A stretch of DNA of 64,000 bases, from positions 53,878,001 to 53,942,000 of the forward strand of contig OZ024743.1 of NCBI GenBank assembly GCA_964016885.1. Direction: 5' to 3'. Shown here in pieces: positions 15,120 through 29,736 of the stretch (its first letter is position 1; each line of letters starts with the position of its first letter). Source of the stretch: Eledone cirrhosa. Its lineage: Eukaryota. The notes beneath the pieces are model-generated. The model had not been told where the DNA came from, searched no databases, and was given only the letters and a program-made list of their open reading frames with translations. Position numbers and translations under genes: made by a program.

Positions 15120-16012
15120 AAATTACACAATAATCAAAACTATGTTCAAATCATTTTATCGATGACAATCGTTTCTTCCAAACCTTCGGTTAAAATCCTT
15201 GGAGCACTAGCAAAGTATGGACATATAATTAACTTCCTATTCAACTGAACAATCATATAGATACATGGATATTAATGTTGTCATCAACAGTTTCGTATTT
15301 ACAGAGTGGAATGGATGTGACAGAGATTACAAGACAATTGTATAATAATTAAAGAGGCACATAGTGGAATGCATGTGACAGATATTACAAGAGAATAGTA
15401 TAATAATTAAAGCAGTATAGAGAGTGTAAATGCGTTGGGCATATACAGGACAGTTAGGTAGGAAACAAGCAATGGTACTAGGCATATATAATTACTGTAT
15501 GGCAAAGGTATGACATAAAATAACATAGGTTTACAAGCATATCAATTGTAGTGTGACAATTGTTTCTGTAATGTTCAAATTGCACATTTGAACATTACAG
15601 AAACAATTGTCACACTACAATTTATATGCTTGTAAACCTATGTTATTTTATGTGATACCTTTGCCATACAGTAATTATATATGTCTAGTACCATTGCTTG
15701 TTTCCTACCTAACTGTCCTGTATATGCCCAACGCATTTGCACTGTCTATACTGCTTTAATTATTATACTATTCTCTTGTAATATCTGTCACATGCATTCC
15801 ACTATGTGCCTCTTTAATTATTATACAATTGTCTTGTAATCTCTGTCACATCCATTCCACTCTGTACATTCGAAACTGTTGATGACAACATTAATATCCA
15901 TGTATCTATATATATGTCCAAACTTTGCTGGTGCTCCGAGGATTCCATACAAAAGCTTGGAAGAAACGATTGTCAGCATTAAAATTATTTGAACATAGTT
16001 TTGATTATTGTG

Positions 16013-16016
<4 letters not shown>
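15120..16016. repeat. ~900-bp fold-back palindrome (arms ~450 bp, centre ~15585)
   Basis: Arms are reverse complements; each carries a degenerate hammerhead-like motif (CTGGTGC-TCCGAG..CTTGGA-AGAAACGATTGTC). Confidence 0.85.
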
Positions 16017-16092
<76 letters not shown>

Positions 16093-16289
16093 TAAGGTTA
16101 TAGCTATATACATATAAGTAAGTGAATTTCGTATATCTAATGATACACGGTATGTTTACGAATAAACAATTCTCTGAGGATTTTAAACCCTACTATTAGG
16201 CTAAAATTTCTTTAGTCCAAAAATACGGCGAAAGCTTCTATTTCTAATTTTCAAAATTCGCTCGCTGTTTCAAAACACACTTACTTGTG

Positions 16290-16375
<86 letters not shown>

Positions 16376-16408
16376 GTGTGTGTGTGTGTGTGTATGATAA
16401 TAATAATA

Positions 16409-16463
<55 letters not shown>

Positions 16464-16704
16464 TATATAACAAAGAAATGTGGTAAAGAACCAGATGGAC
16501 CATAACGCACCAGAGTACTCAATACTTAAGGTAGTAGAGTGGCAAATAGGAAAAAGTATGACCCCGACGGCAGAGCTCAAGCCGTTTCGACGGCTATTTC
16601 TGGACTATATATATATAGTTAAATATGCTATATATATATATAATTAAATATGCTATGACTAAATTATAACCATCAACATAGTCAAGGTATGTCAAGCATC
16701 AACT

Positions 16705-16771
16705 TATTTTATCTGATGAGGACGTACTGTTGAAATAGCTCAGTATCTCTGAAATATTGTATAATAAAATA
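16705..16771 (+). ncRNA. Type I hammerhead ribozyme
   Basis: TATTTTAT-CTGATGA-GGACGTACTG..CAGTATCTCT-GAAA TATTGTAT A-ATAAAATA; perfect 8-bp helix I, ~9-bp helix II, AUA site. Confidence 0.8.
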
Positions 16772-16982
16772 TATTTGATCACATGAATGTCTATATTTAT
16801 TAATATTTTAAAGTAATATATATATATATATATATATATATATCTATATCTACATATATATATATTATAATTATTATTATTATCATACACACACAGACAC
16901 ACAAACACACACACACATATATTTATATATGTGTGTGTGTGCATAATAATAATAATTATTATTATATATATATACATATATA

Positions 16983-17048
<66 letters not shown>

Positions 17049-17412
17049 CACACACACGTAGAATTAATCGCAAAGTTCTCGAACATGTTCAGACGACCAC
17101 ACTGCATTACATTTCAATAAACCCTGTACGTGCTGTATGGAGAGAAATTTAATCTCATAAAGACGGTCTAAAGCAGTATTTATATTTTATATTAGCATTT
17201 GGGAAGTTGATAGTTAAATTCTATACAAAACACTGTTAAACTATTGTTCGACTAATGTAAACACTTTATATTCACAGGTACCAAATTATTCCCTCGGTCG
17301 TGCCTAAAATATTAAGCAGTGTACGAAACCTTGTTTGTTTAAAAGGCGGGTGGTTTGACAATTGAGCTGTTGAAATATATATACATTCATATATATATAT
17401 ATATATATATAT

Positions 17413-18022
17413 AAATGGAATAGAATGAAACGAAATTTCATTTCTCACTCTTAGTACGGCACTTACTTAAATGTAAATATGTATGTATACGTACATACAT
17501 ATATGTATACAAACGTACAGTAGTATGTATATATATACATACATGCACACATATATATATAGGCACGTATCGGAGTACCGAACATTTATTATAATGCTCG
17601 GTTTGTTTGTTTGTAAATAAACAAACAGCCCGAATTACGCCGTACAGTGTTTAGGCAACCACGTCACCTTTTTGTTCAACACTGACACAGGAACGATGTA
17701 CTAGTTTCAAGCTTATTAGCTATCGTCAGCATCGTATACCTTCCTACCAGATGGTTGAACGTCTGAAAGTATATACTTTCCTTATGTATATTAACGGCTG
17801 AGCAGCCTAATTTGCATATCGAGTGAGTTCAGTCGGCCGGGCACACCAAAAACGATAAATGGAATAGAATGAAACGAAATTTCATTTCTCACTCTTAGTA
17901 CGGCACTTAAATGTAATTATGTATGTATACGTACATACATATATGTATACAGACGTACAGTAGTATGTATATATATACATACATGCACACATATATATAT
18001 AGGCACGTATCGGTTTACCGAA
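17413..18022 (-). mobile_element. Family 5 element, ~1.35 tandem copies of a 444-nt unit
   Basis: GGAATAGAATGAAACG at 17417 and 17861. Confidence 0.8.
17693..17735 (-). ncRNA. Minimal type I hammerhead ribozyme (family 5)
   Basis: ACGATG-CTGACGA-TAGCT aata AGCTT-GAAAC TA GTA-CATCGT; perfect 6-bp helix I, palindromic ACTAGT helix III. Confidence 0.85.
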
Positions 18023-18103
18023 CATATATATATATATATATATATTTACATATGTATGTATACATATATACATAGATATACATTCTTACACACATATACA
18101 CAC

Positions 18104-18145
<42 letters not shown>

Positions 18146-18179
18146 GCGTGCACATATATATATATATATACACACATGC

Positions 18180-18236
<57 letters not shown>

Positions 18237-18699
18237 TGGGTATATATATATACATACATACACTTATGTATATATATATATACATGCATATATACATATA
18301 CACGTATGTGTGTGTGTGTATGTATGTATATATATATATTGCCATAGTCGTTACTAAAATGTTTTATATAATAGTGACTTATATCCTTTTTTATAGTTAA
18401 ATCTACCAGTCATCTTTAATACCTTTAAAAATCAACGAAACTTATTTCATCCTTTGTCGTATTTTACCTTTGGCGGTGAATTCGTGGAGTCGCATTTTGT
18501 TGTGGCTCACTTCATTTTGAGTTCAGATTTTGATGAAGTTAACTTTGCCTTTCATTGTACCAGTATCGATAAATAAAGTGTCAGACAAATACAAGAATGT
18601 GCTTTTATTATTGGTGCTGGAATCTTATCTTATCTTGAATTTGGAAGGAATGGACGACCGATATGTTTCCACATAAGATAGAAAAATAATTGTTTCTAT

Positions 18700-18848
18700 A
18701 TTAGGCACAAGGCCAGCAATTAACCAGTACATTACTGGTACTTTATTTTATCGACCCCGTAAAGCTGAAAGGCAAAGTTAACCTCGGCGGGATTTGAACT
18801 CAGATCATAAAGGGACGTAACTCTATGCTTCAAAGAATGGTGTCCGAT
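18700..18848 (-). mobile_element. SINE family A (5'-truncated)
   Basis: Matches the family consensus. Confidence 0.8.
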
Positions 18849-19952
18849 AGAAAAAGATAGAAAAATAATAAAGTTGATTTAAATGAATAGTATAACACTG
18901 TATTTATTTGTTAAATCAACACCCTTCTTCTTCTTCTTCTTCTTCTTCTTCTTCGCCCACTTATTCCTGAGAGCATCGTGAAGGCTGAGTCCTCAAACCG
19001 TTACCAACTTATCCGGTAGGATACCCAAGCCAGACCAGCCAAGCTCATAGATGTTATCCAAAAAACTTGCTCGGGATCTACACCTGGATTTCCTGTCGGT
19101 TGGTTTTGCCCATAAAATCTATACATCGATTCTTTCCTGAGATATTTTGATCACAAATAGTATCAGGGCTGTGATCTCTTAATTCGGAGAAGTAGTGGCT
19201 CTACCTAGAGCGACCGTCTGATCTCCGAGCTACGCACTTTATCGAGTAACGTTACTCCAAAGACCCTTCGAAGGGACCCCATTTCGGCCTCTTTTATTCG
19301 CGAGCGTATTCTTTCGGTCATTATCAAAGATTCCTGACACCTAATAGGCAAATATATAAATATACGCCGGTAAAGTTTGAACACGGCACTGTTAGAATGT
19401 TATTTTATACAATGTATTTTATGTTCTATTGGTCTCGACATAAAGCCTCGTGGCTTGGTAGTTTGTGTATTCAGTTAACGATCACAAGGTCATAAGTTCG
19501 ATTCTTAGTGACGCGTTGAGTCATTGAAAAACACTTTTTTTCACGCGGCTCTTGTCCCTTCAGCCGGCAAAAATGAGTTGTACATGTTTTTCAAAGGGTC
19601 AATCATGTTGCACTGAATCTCCCTGAGAATTGCTTGCGTAATTTAACCTATACCACATTAACTATCTTATACCACATTAACTACCTGAATTCACCTCTGG
19701 TTTTACGATATGAAGCTGATTAATCTAAAATTCTTAAATTTATCTCAAATCTGTTCATCATAATCCCATGTAAAAACCTTTGTTATCTTCCAAACAGCAG
19801 CTTGATAATGGGAAAGTTAATTCTTGATTGTTTAAAAAAAAAAAAATCTTTTGAAAGCCATAAGTAGTGTGTTTCGTTGGAAACATGGTAGTGAATGGGT
19901 TAAACGAGTATTTATTTGAAAGGCAATATGAGCTAACACACACACGCACACG

Positions 19953-20071
<119 letters not shown>

Positions 20072-20467
20072 GTGTGTGCGTTTTTGTGTGTATGCGCACA
20101 CGTATAATACACAAATGTGTATAAATAATATTTATATGTGTTATTTCATAGGGGTTTACTTGAATAATCTTAAGCAGACCTCAAATAATTGACTAAGAAA
20201 GATATCGACTGTGATATAATATATAAAGCAGATTATAACGAGAAATATTCCAGCAGAATCTAAATTATGAAGATATATGCTTGCTACCTGTTTATTGCTT
20301 GGTTGATATTTCGACTTGGAAAGGAACTTATAAGCATGACAGCTCTTAATTTTAACAACCGGGGCTTCATACACAGGAAACATAAATCTAATAAATATGA
20401 ATAAAGTGGCTTTTAAGCATCGTGAGTCGCTTACCACTACGCACTGATATATTTCTCTTCAAAGATG

Positions 20468-20560
<93 letters not shown>

Positions 20561-20706
20561 TCAGGTTTGAGGTTCACCACTGTATAGAGCTGGTCTATTC
20601 CGTATGGCGACCGGCTGAGGTTGAAGGAACAGAATAGCGGTCGCCCTCGGGTCTCGATTTTCAGCCCCATGGATTTTGCCTATTACATTCACGTATTATA
20701 TTTCGA

Positions 20707-20764
20707 ATACCTGATGATATCACCGGATTCATACGGAACCCGGTCATTGAAATGATCATAGTAT
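20707..20764 (+). ncRNA. Type I hammerhead ribozyme in short element 20560-20815 (family 6; minus-strand copies 41436-41493, 49455-49512, 60196-60253)
   Basis: ATAC-CTGATGA-TATCACCGG..CCGGTCATT-GAAA TGATCAT A-GTAT; palindromic ATGATCAT helix III; motif identical in the four copies. Confidence 0.8.
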
Positions 20765-21884
20765 AATAAACCTTTCAAGGATTTACACAAATCCAGCCTC
20801 CTGTCATTTCATTATTATATATATATATATATATATATATTCATTTTATCAGGGCTAAATTGTGTGTCTTATTACACTGGAGTTTCGCCTGTTGATCACA
20901 GGGCAATCATGGTGACCCTGTGTTAAACAAGTGAATCTCCAGACTAACAAGACTCACTAGTGATCCTTAATAAAATGAATCTTAAAATTTTTCTTCAGTA
21001 TCGAATACTTCTCCTTTCAGCCGTGAATCACATATGGATATATATGTACTCCAGCATGGCCACAGCCGGATGGCTGGAACAGGTAAAAGAGTATATATAT
21101 ATATATATATAATGAATAAAAATAACCAGGTTTAAATAACATTAAATTATTTTATTGAATTAATCTCTGAACTGTATTTTACCTAACTTGCTGTGGACTA
21201 TAAAATCAAATTTGAGCTTTGAAATATTCTTTACCTTTATATGGTTGTGTTATCAACTCATCTAAACTCTTTATTATCCCCCCATCTCTCTCTCTCTCTA
21301 TATATATATATAAGTAACTCACCCTCTCGGTACTGTATATATATATTTAATAGAAGTTAATGTTTGTATATGCTGGTCTTATGTGTGTTGTGTTGTGTGA
21401 ATGTGCAATTGATATTGGTTGGGGAAGCGATTTCCATAACGCCTTGATGTCGAGTGAATAGACGACCTGGGAAAGAAGACTGCTATTTATATATCATTTT
21501 AGTTATGGAATACAACGAATCCATGTATCAAAAACATGGAACACTTCATAATATAAAATTGTAATGTTTTCGTTAACGTTATATTAAAAGGAAGGTATTT
21601 TCTTGGAATATTTGGGTGCAGTGAACTTGCATAAAATATGTATTGTGGAGAAGCTTTTTGAACGAGACATATCGAATATGAATGTGGAGGTGCGATTAAA
21701 TAGCGTAAACTATTTTATCGGACTATAACAAATTCTGCTAAACTATTACGCTAAAAATCATGACCAACTATAATTCTGCCAATCGCCAAGTCTTTATTAC
21801 GAATAATAATCATATTATTAAAAATTACCGCTGGTAAAGTCAGGTAACGGGTGTAGAGGTAGGCTATAATCAGAATTAATGGTT

Positions 21885-22465
21885 TCTGGCACAAGGCCAG
21901 TAATTTGATGAGAGGGTAAAGTTGATTATATCGATCACACATAAACCCCATAACAATGAAAGACAAACTTGGCCTCGGAGAGATTTTAAATCAGAACGTA
22001 AAAGACGGGACAAATCTCAGAAAGCATTTTGTCTGACGCTCCACATATTCTGTCAATGACTCGCCCTTATAACGAATAACAATTTTTTTAACTTTTGGCA
22101 CAAGGCCAGCAATTACCTCAGTACATTACTAGTACTTTATTTTATCGACCCCGTAAGGATGAAAGGCAAAGTGGACCTCGGCGGGATTTGAACTCAGATC
22201 ATAAAGGGACGTAACTCTATGCTTCAAAGCATGGTGTCCGAACATCTACCGATGCTGCCAATTCACCGCCCTATAACGAATAATAATTGTTTCTATTTTT
22301 GGCACAAGGCCAGCAATTACCCAGTATATTACTGGTACTTTATTTTATCGACCCCGTAAGGATGAAAGGCAAAGTTAACCTCGGCGGGATTTGAACTCAG
22401 AACGTAACTCTACGAAACAAAGCAGGGTGTCCGACGCTCTACCGTTACTGCCAATCCACCGCCCT
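21885..22465 (-). mobile_element. Three tandem SINE family A copies
   Basis: ~21885-22068, 22095-22272, 22300-22465. Confidence 0.85.
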
Positions 22466-23275
22466 TATAACATAATAATCATAAATACATTTACCACGAT
22501 TAAAGATTACTGCGGGTAGTGTCACATAACACTGATGGTGGTGGGGGAGGGGGGGGGGGGAGTGACTGTGTAGAATAATAGAATGGAATGGTAGAATGAC
22601 AGAATGATAGAATGAAATCAAAATTAATGAGAACAGATGGCCTGCAGTTTTGATGTCTTTTGATGAGTTGCAAGGATTAAATTAACGAGTTTCTCTCCTA
22701 TTTTTGTGGCACATTTATTCTATTTTTCTTATCTCCCCCTTACTTTTTTCATTCTTTCGTTTTATATATTTCTTTCTTCCTCATTTCTTTTTCATTCCTT
22801 CTTTTCTTTCGTTCTTTCTTTTTCCGTCTTTTCTTTCATCCTTTTTATACTTTTTTCTTTCTTTTCTTCGGTCACTGGTTTCTGACGTCTTTCATTTTAC
22901 TCTCGCTCCCTTCTTTACCCCCCACCACCGATTTCTCTACTTCTCTCCTTCCCCCTCTCCCCCTTTTATTCTCCCCCTTACTCTCCTTCCTCCTCCCCTT
23001 CCCCAACTCCTCTCTTTATTCTCCCCCTTACTCCCCCCCGACTCTCCCTCCGGCTTATATCTTTGTATCAGTCAATTTCCATTTGATATTTCCCTCTTCA
23101 GTTTTTCACTCTTACCCCTATTTATACTTTTACTCTGAATTTATTTTTGTAGACTTGTAAGTGTGGTGATGGCGTTTTTCATAATTTACTGTAGTTGACT
23201 GCGGAGAGATTGGAAGATCCAGGTAGGACTAGAATAATCCATAATGGATTTAATATATTATTTATACATTGTTAA

Positions 23276-23735
23276 GGGCGGTGGATTGGCAGTATCAGTA
23301 GAGGGTCGGACGCCATGTTAGGGCGGTGGATTGGCAGTATCAGTAGAGGGTTGGATGCTATGCTTTGCAGCATAGAGTTACGGCTCTATGTGAACTGAGT
23401 TCAAATCCCACCGAGGTTAACTTTGCCTTTCATCCTTACGGGGTCGATAAAATAATGTACCAGTAATGCACTGGGATAATTGCTGGTTTTGTGCTAAAAA
23501 GTAGAATCAATTATTTATACATTGTTAAGGGCAGTGGATTGGCAGTAACGGTAGAGCGTCGGACACCATGCTTTGCAGTATAGAGTTACACCCCTTTACG
23601 TTCTAGGTTTAAATGCCGCCGAAGTTAGCTTCGCCTCTCATTTTTACACGGTCGTTAAAACAAAGCACCAGTAATGAACTGGGGTCTATTTAATCGACTT
23701 TCCCCTCTTCCCAAATAGCTGGCCTTGTGTCTATA
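23276..23735 (+). mobile_element. Tandem SINE family A copies
   Basis: Duplicated head at 23276/23320 and second copy 23528-23735. Confidence 0.85.
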
Positions 23736-23994
23736 ACAGAAATAATTATTTCTACATTGTATGTATACACATACGACTGTACGTCTGTATACATATATGT
23801 ATGTACGTATACATACTTACATTTAAGTATCAGCCGTACTAAGAGTGAGAAATGAAATTTCATTTTTTCCATTTATCGTTTTCGGTACGCCCGGCCGACT
23901 AACTCACTCGATATGCAAATTAGGCTGCTCAGCCGTTAATCTGCATAAGGAAAGTATATACTTTCAAACGTTCAATCAACCGAGAGGAAGGTAT

Positions 23995-24037
23995 ACGGTG
24001 CTGATGACAGCTAATAAGCTAGAAACTAGTCGATCGT
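23995..24037 (+). ncRNA. Minimal hammerhead ribozyme (family 5, in 425-nt-period element 23760-24300)
   Basis: ACGGTG-CTGATGA-CAGCT aata AGCTA-GAAACTAGTC-GATCGT. Confidence 0.7.
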
Positions 24038-24577
24038 TCCTTTGTCAGTGTTGAACAAAATGGCAACGATGATTGCCGAACACGGTACGGCTAATAATTC
24101 GGGCTGTTTGTTTACAAAGAAACCGAGCCCTATAATAAATGTTCGGTAAACCCATACGTACATATATATATGTGTGCATATATGTATGTATATACATACT
24201 ACTGTACCTCTGTATACATATATGTATGTACGTATACATACTTACATTTAAGTATCAGCCGTACTAAGAGTGAGAAATGAAATTTCATTTTGTCCATTTA
24301 TTTCTACATTGTTGTTTCTATAGTAGAAATATGCTCGTATTTTGGTTGGTTTGCTTTCCTTGTAGTGTTTTCAATGTGTAGTAAATATTGTGAAGGTATT
24401 GGTAATTCCTAGTACTTTACTCTCCGTCTGTCTGTCTCTCTCTCTCTCTCTCATGTCAGTCTGTCTGTCTTGTCTGCCTGGCTGTCTGCTAGGATATCTG
24501 TCAAATTGTCCGTCACTGTCATTTTTTATGTTTGGTTCCGCCCTCCCTCCTCATTCTCTCTCCACACACCACGTGTA

Positions 24578-24675
<98 letters not shown>

Positions 24676-25362
24676 TGCTTGCTTAACCCTCTGAATCAGC
24701 CAGGCTGTAAGCTGCCTTTGTAGAACAAAATATTGACTCCTCAGCCGATTTATGAACAACAATTAATTGTTATTAATAAAATATTTCATATTCTCTTTCC
24801 TTTCTTTTTTTATTTTAGTGGGTGATGACTGGGTATTTGTGGGGAGGGGATGGGAGGGAAATGGGACAAGGCAGGGCAGAGATACCCATGTCACGTGTCA
24901 CGCTGTCAAATTATCGGAAATTCGAGGCGACATCAGTAGTCAGATTGCCGTCTCATGACAGATATGGTTTAGCTACTACAAACGATGTTTTACATTGAAT
25001 GAATTTGATAGATAGACAGGCGGGCAAGCACACACACACACACACACAGACACACACAGAGATACACACACTCACACACACATACACGCACACACGCACA
25101 CACACAAACACACACGCGCACACGCACACACAGACACACACACACAGACGCACACACACGCGCACACACTCACACATGCACACACATACACACACACGCA
25201 CACACAGAGACCCACCCAAATACACACTCACACACAGACGCACACACACACGCACATACATACGCAGACAGAAACACTCACATTCAGACACACACACACA
25301 CACAGACACACACTCACATTCACACGCTCACAATCACACACACACACACACACACACATATA

Positions 25363-25418
<56 letters not shown>

Positions 25419-25722
25419 CATACAAATATGTCTGTCTGTATTCGATTAATTAACTTTTACGTAAATCATATTTCTTATACAAGTTTATTATGTACGTTAT
25501 GCTTATATGTACAAGATGTCTTTATAAATATAAGTTTGGTAAAAATTAGTCTGAAAATCACAGACAACTTCTCGTATTTTTTGTGAGTGAAAAATGACCA
25601 TTATTTCCAGTGTTTTCCCCATAGTCGTTATCTACACATTTAAAAGTCTCTTTTAGCAAAAAAACATAGATTATTGAGAATGTTATGAGTAAAGGAAGGT
25701 CTCTAATTAATTCACCTCCCGA

Positions 25723-25844
<122 letters not shown>

Positions 25845-26644
25845 GTGTGTGTGTTTACATATGTATGTATATATATATATATATATATATGTATATTATT
25901 TATCCCATATCTTACGTTAAAAATGTTTTATCTTGAGACTATAGTTACATATATGTCTGAATTATTGTCGGCTTTTGCTTACTTTAATTTCTCTATTTTC
26001 ATTTATATATATATAAGTATGTATACGTACATACATATATGTATACAGACGTACAGTAGTATGTATATATATACATACATGCATGCATATATATATGTAC
26101 GTATGGATTTACCGAACATTTATTATAATGCTCGGTTTGTTTGTAAACAAACATCCCGAATTAAGCCGTACAGTGTTTAGCAAGCATCGTTGCCATTTTG
26201 CTCAACACTGACAAAGGAACGATGTACTAGTTTCAAGCTTATTACCTTCCTGACAGATGATTGAACGCCTGAAAGTATATACTTTCTTTATGCATATTAA
26301 CGGCTGAGCAGCCTAATTTGCATATCGAGTGAGTTAATCGGCCGAGCACACCGAAAACGATAAATGGAAAAAATGAAATGAAATTTCATTTCTCACTCTT
26401 AGTACGGCTGTTACTTAAATATAAGTATGTATACGTACATACATATATGTATACAGACGTACAGTAGTATATATATATATATATACATACATGCACACAT
26501 ATATATATGTACGTATGGATTTACCGAACATTTATTATAATGCTCGGTTTGTTTGTAAAACAAACATCCCGAATTAAGCCGTACAGTGTTTAGCAACCTT
26601 AGCCGTACTAAGAGTGAGAAATGAAATTTCGTTTCAGCTTTTCC

Positions 26645-26719
<75 letters not shown>

Positions 26720-26727
<8 letters not shown>

Positions 26728-27223
26728 AAAATAGCGGAGCAAGTGGTTATCAAACAATTCTCTAAATAAATTAAAAAACGATTTAAATAATCACCTGTTC
26801 TATTGCTGTTACCGACGGTTTCATCATTCCAAATGGAAAGAAATGAATCTTCAGACAGCTTTTTTCCACACTATATGGTTGCCAGCCCTGCAGTAAGTAA
26901 ATATTTCGCTTCCTGCCCTACGCATGCGGTCAAGCCGTTAAAATGACACACACGCAAAATCAGGTCTCAGATAATAGCTGTTTATTATAAACATGTTGAT
27001 ATTGCCACTAACATTAGTAGCATTATTCAACGTTTTGTTCTCTACATAAGGAGAAAAATTATAAAAGTGGATGAATACTTCAACAGGCACTATGTACTTG
27101 TAGAAATATGCAAGGTGTTTATAATATTTGTGGTTCAATGGTACTAATTCGAGATACCAGAACAATATAAAAATAGCGGAGCAAGCGGTTATCAAACAAT
27201 TCTCTAAATAAATTAAAAAACGA
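26720..27223 (-). mobile_element. Short element family 7: 442-nt unit with ~60-nt terminal redundancy
   Basis: ATAGCGGAGCAAG.GGTTATCAAACAATTCTCTAAATAAATTAAAAAACGAT at 26731 and 27173. Confidence 0.75.
26805..26859 (-). ncRNA. Type I hammerhead ribozyme
   Basis: GCTGT-CTGAAGA-T TCATTTC..GGAATGA T-GAAACCG t CGGT A-ACAGC; all three helices form, GUA site. Confidence 0.85.
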
Positions 27224-27249
27224 TGAGGCAGTACAATGATATTATTATG

Positions 27250-27415
27250 GCAGAGGGTCGGACGCCATGCTTTGCAGCAAGGAGTTACGGCCCTTTACGG
27301 TCTGAGTTCAAATCCCGCCAAGGTTAACTTTGCCTTTCATCCTTACGGAGTCGATAAAATAAACTACCAGTAATACGCTGGGATAATTGCTGGCCTTGTG
27401 CCAAAAGTAGAAACA
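27250..27415 (+). mobile_element. SINE family A
   Basis: Matches the family consensus. Confidence 0.85.
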
Positions 27416-27545
27416 ACTATTATTAGTTTCACACTTGAGAGTGGGGTTGATATCTATATATATATGTGTGTGCGTGTGTGTGTGTGTGTGGGTGTATATA
27501 TGTATATATATATATATATATATACATATATATACATATATATAC

Positions 27546-27613
<68 letters not shown>

Positions 27614-27735
27614 GTATATATATATACATATATACACCCACACACACACACGCACACACGTGTATGTGTGTGCGTGTGTGTGTGTGTGTGTGTATATATG
27701 TATATATATATGTACATATATATACATATATATAC

Positions 27736-27812
<77 letters not shown>

Positions 27813-28683
27813 TCTCCAAATTATTTGTTGAGCAAACTTGCCAAATCTACTGCTAATTCATAGTAGTAGTAGGCTCTTGTCATAATACCACCCCACTGCT
27901 AACTGACTAACCTCAGTGTCACGTGATTGATTCTTTAGAATCTGCCACTGACCAGGGACAGTGAACTTTTTCAGTGCTCTGGAATTTAGTCCCCGCTAGC
28001 TTATTCCATCCACTGAATTATTATTTTTATATAGGTTCCTAGTGACCGCGCATTGCCTGGGAGGAACTTAGCTGAGAATAGACTCCCTATATTGTGTAAC
28101 TATATTTATCCCATTACAGAAACTAATTAGTTGGAGTGAAAATTTTAGTAAGTAAGTTAATTTTTAATTTTTAAAATTTCCTTATTTTACGTCTTTCATA
28201 TATATATACATATATTTATATATGTGTGTGTGTGTGTGTACAGGGTGTACCCCCAAAATGTATACGCACTTCTTTTTTTTTTCTTTGTCCCCTGATCTCA
28301 TTTGATTTACCTTTTCTATAACGTCCCTCCTCCATTTTCTAAAGAAACCTTTTTTCGCCTACCTCCCCTGGCCTATTTTCATATACTTTCCTCAGAATTT
28401 GACGTGTAGATTTCACCTTCAACGCTTGACCGGCTCTACCCACTCCCCTATTGTTCTACAGGCAAGTTAAGCCACCCCCACCCCGCATCCACTGCCATGA
28501 TAGACTTTTCTGTGTCTGCTACAAATTTTGACCAATCCTCTTGACAACTACAATCTTTCCATATAAGGTACTACCCCGTGAAAATTTCGGCTATTTATTT
28601 ACAAGACTAAAAAAACTCTTACTTTAGTCCAGAAATAGCCGTCGAAACGGCTTAAGCTCTGCCTTCGGGGTCATACTTTCTCC

Positions 28684-28716
<33 letters not shown>

Positions 28717-28838
28717 AAGCCACTCTTCTTCCACAAAGTGTGAAACTAATACACGTCAAGTTACTGAGAACTCTGAGTACCTTATGGTCCACCTGGTATT
28801 TTACCATACCCTCTTTGTTAAATATATATACATATATA

Positions 28839-28950
<112 letters not shown>

Positions 28951-28964
28951 GTGAAAACACTCAG

Positions 28965-29612
28965 TGTGTCCAGAGTCTGAGGACATGCCGGGGTACCACC
29001 ACCGATGCTATACTTTCTATAACCAGCCTTCCCTGGTTAGCCATCGATGCAAAAGGGAGTTTGTTGGTGCCGCTCTTATTTGTGCTTTGCGTCGTGCTGT
29101 GGTTTCATCCGGGATCTTGCTTAGTAGAATGTCGAGATGTCTCTTTAAAACATCTACATGCACATTATGTAGATCTCTCAGATTTTTTGGCAGCTTATTA
29201 AAAGCTGGGGTCCTTGAACCTCAGGCTATTGCAGTATGTGGTCCTTTTTCTCAATGCGACAGATTGGAGTCTTGACACAACACAGTGGCGTCCAGTTATT
29301 GGGCTGGGCATACATTCAATGCCGAAGTTTGGTACTAACTTTTCCAGGATCTTCCATATGTATATCACTGCGTATCTCTTCCCTCTACACTCCAAGGAGT
29401 AAAGCTTTAGTTTCTTCAGCCTCTCCAAGTGGCTAATCTCTTTCATTGAGACAATCCTCTTGGTGTAGCTTCGCTGGATTGCAGTTAGTTTGACACTGTG
29501 GAGCGGCTACAGCTGAGATCAGTAGTCCAGTCGGCTGCGGACGACAGTCCTCCAGAGGACCAGCATGGTTTCCCGGTCTCTTTGTCCTGAATGTTCTAGG
29601 AATCCACCCGCC
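28965..29612 (-). mobile_element. 3' fragment of a CR1/L2-group LINE ORF2
   Basis: ERLKKLKLYSLECRGKRYAVIYIWKIL..GRHC..NSLRFKDP, then VDVFK..; resembles CR1-type C-terminal domain; disrupted. Confidence 0.7.
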
Positions 29613-29736
29613 AGTCATATATATATGTCCCCCCCCCCCCACACACACACTCTCAAGAGCGTGAACAAAACAGAGAGGCAGACAAATAAAGGTTTATTAG
29701 GTTCACGCTCTTGTGATATATATATATATATATATA

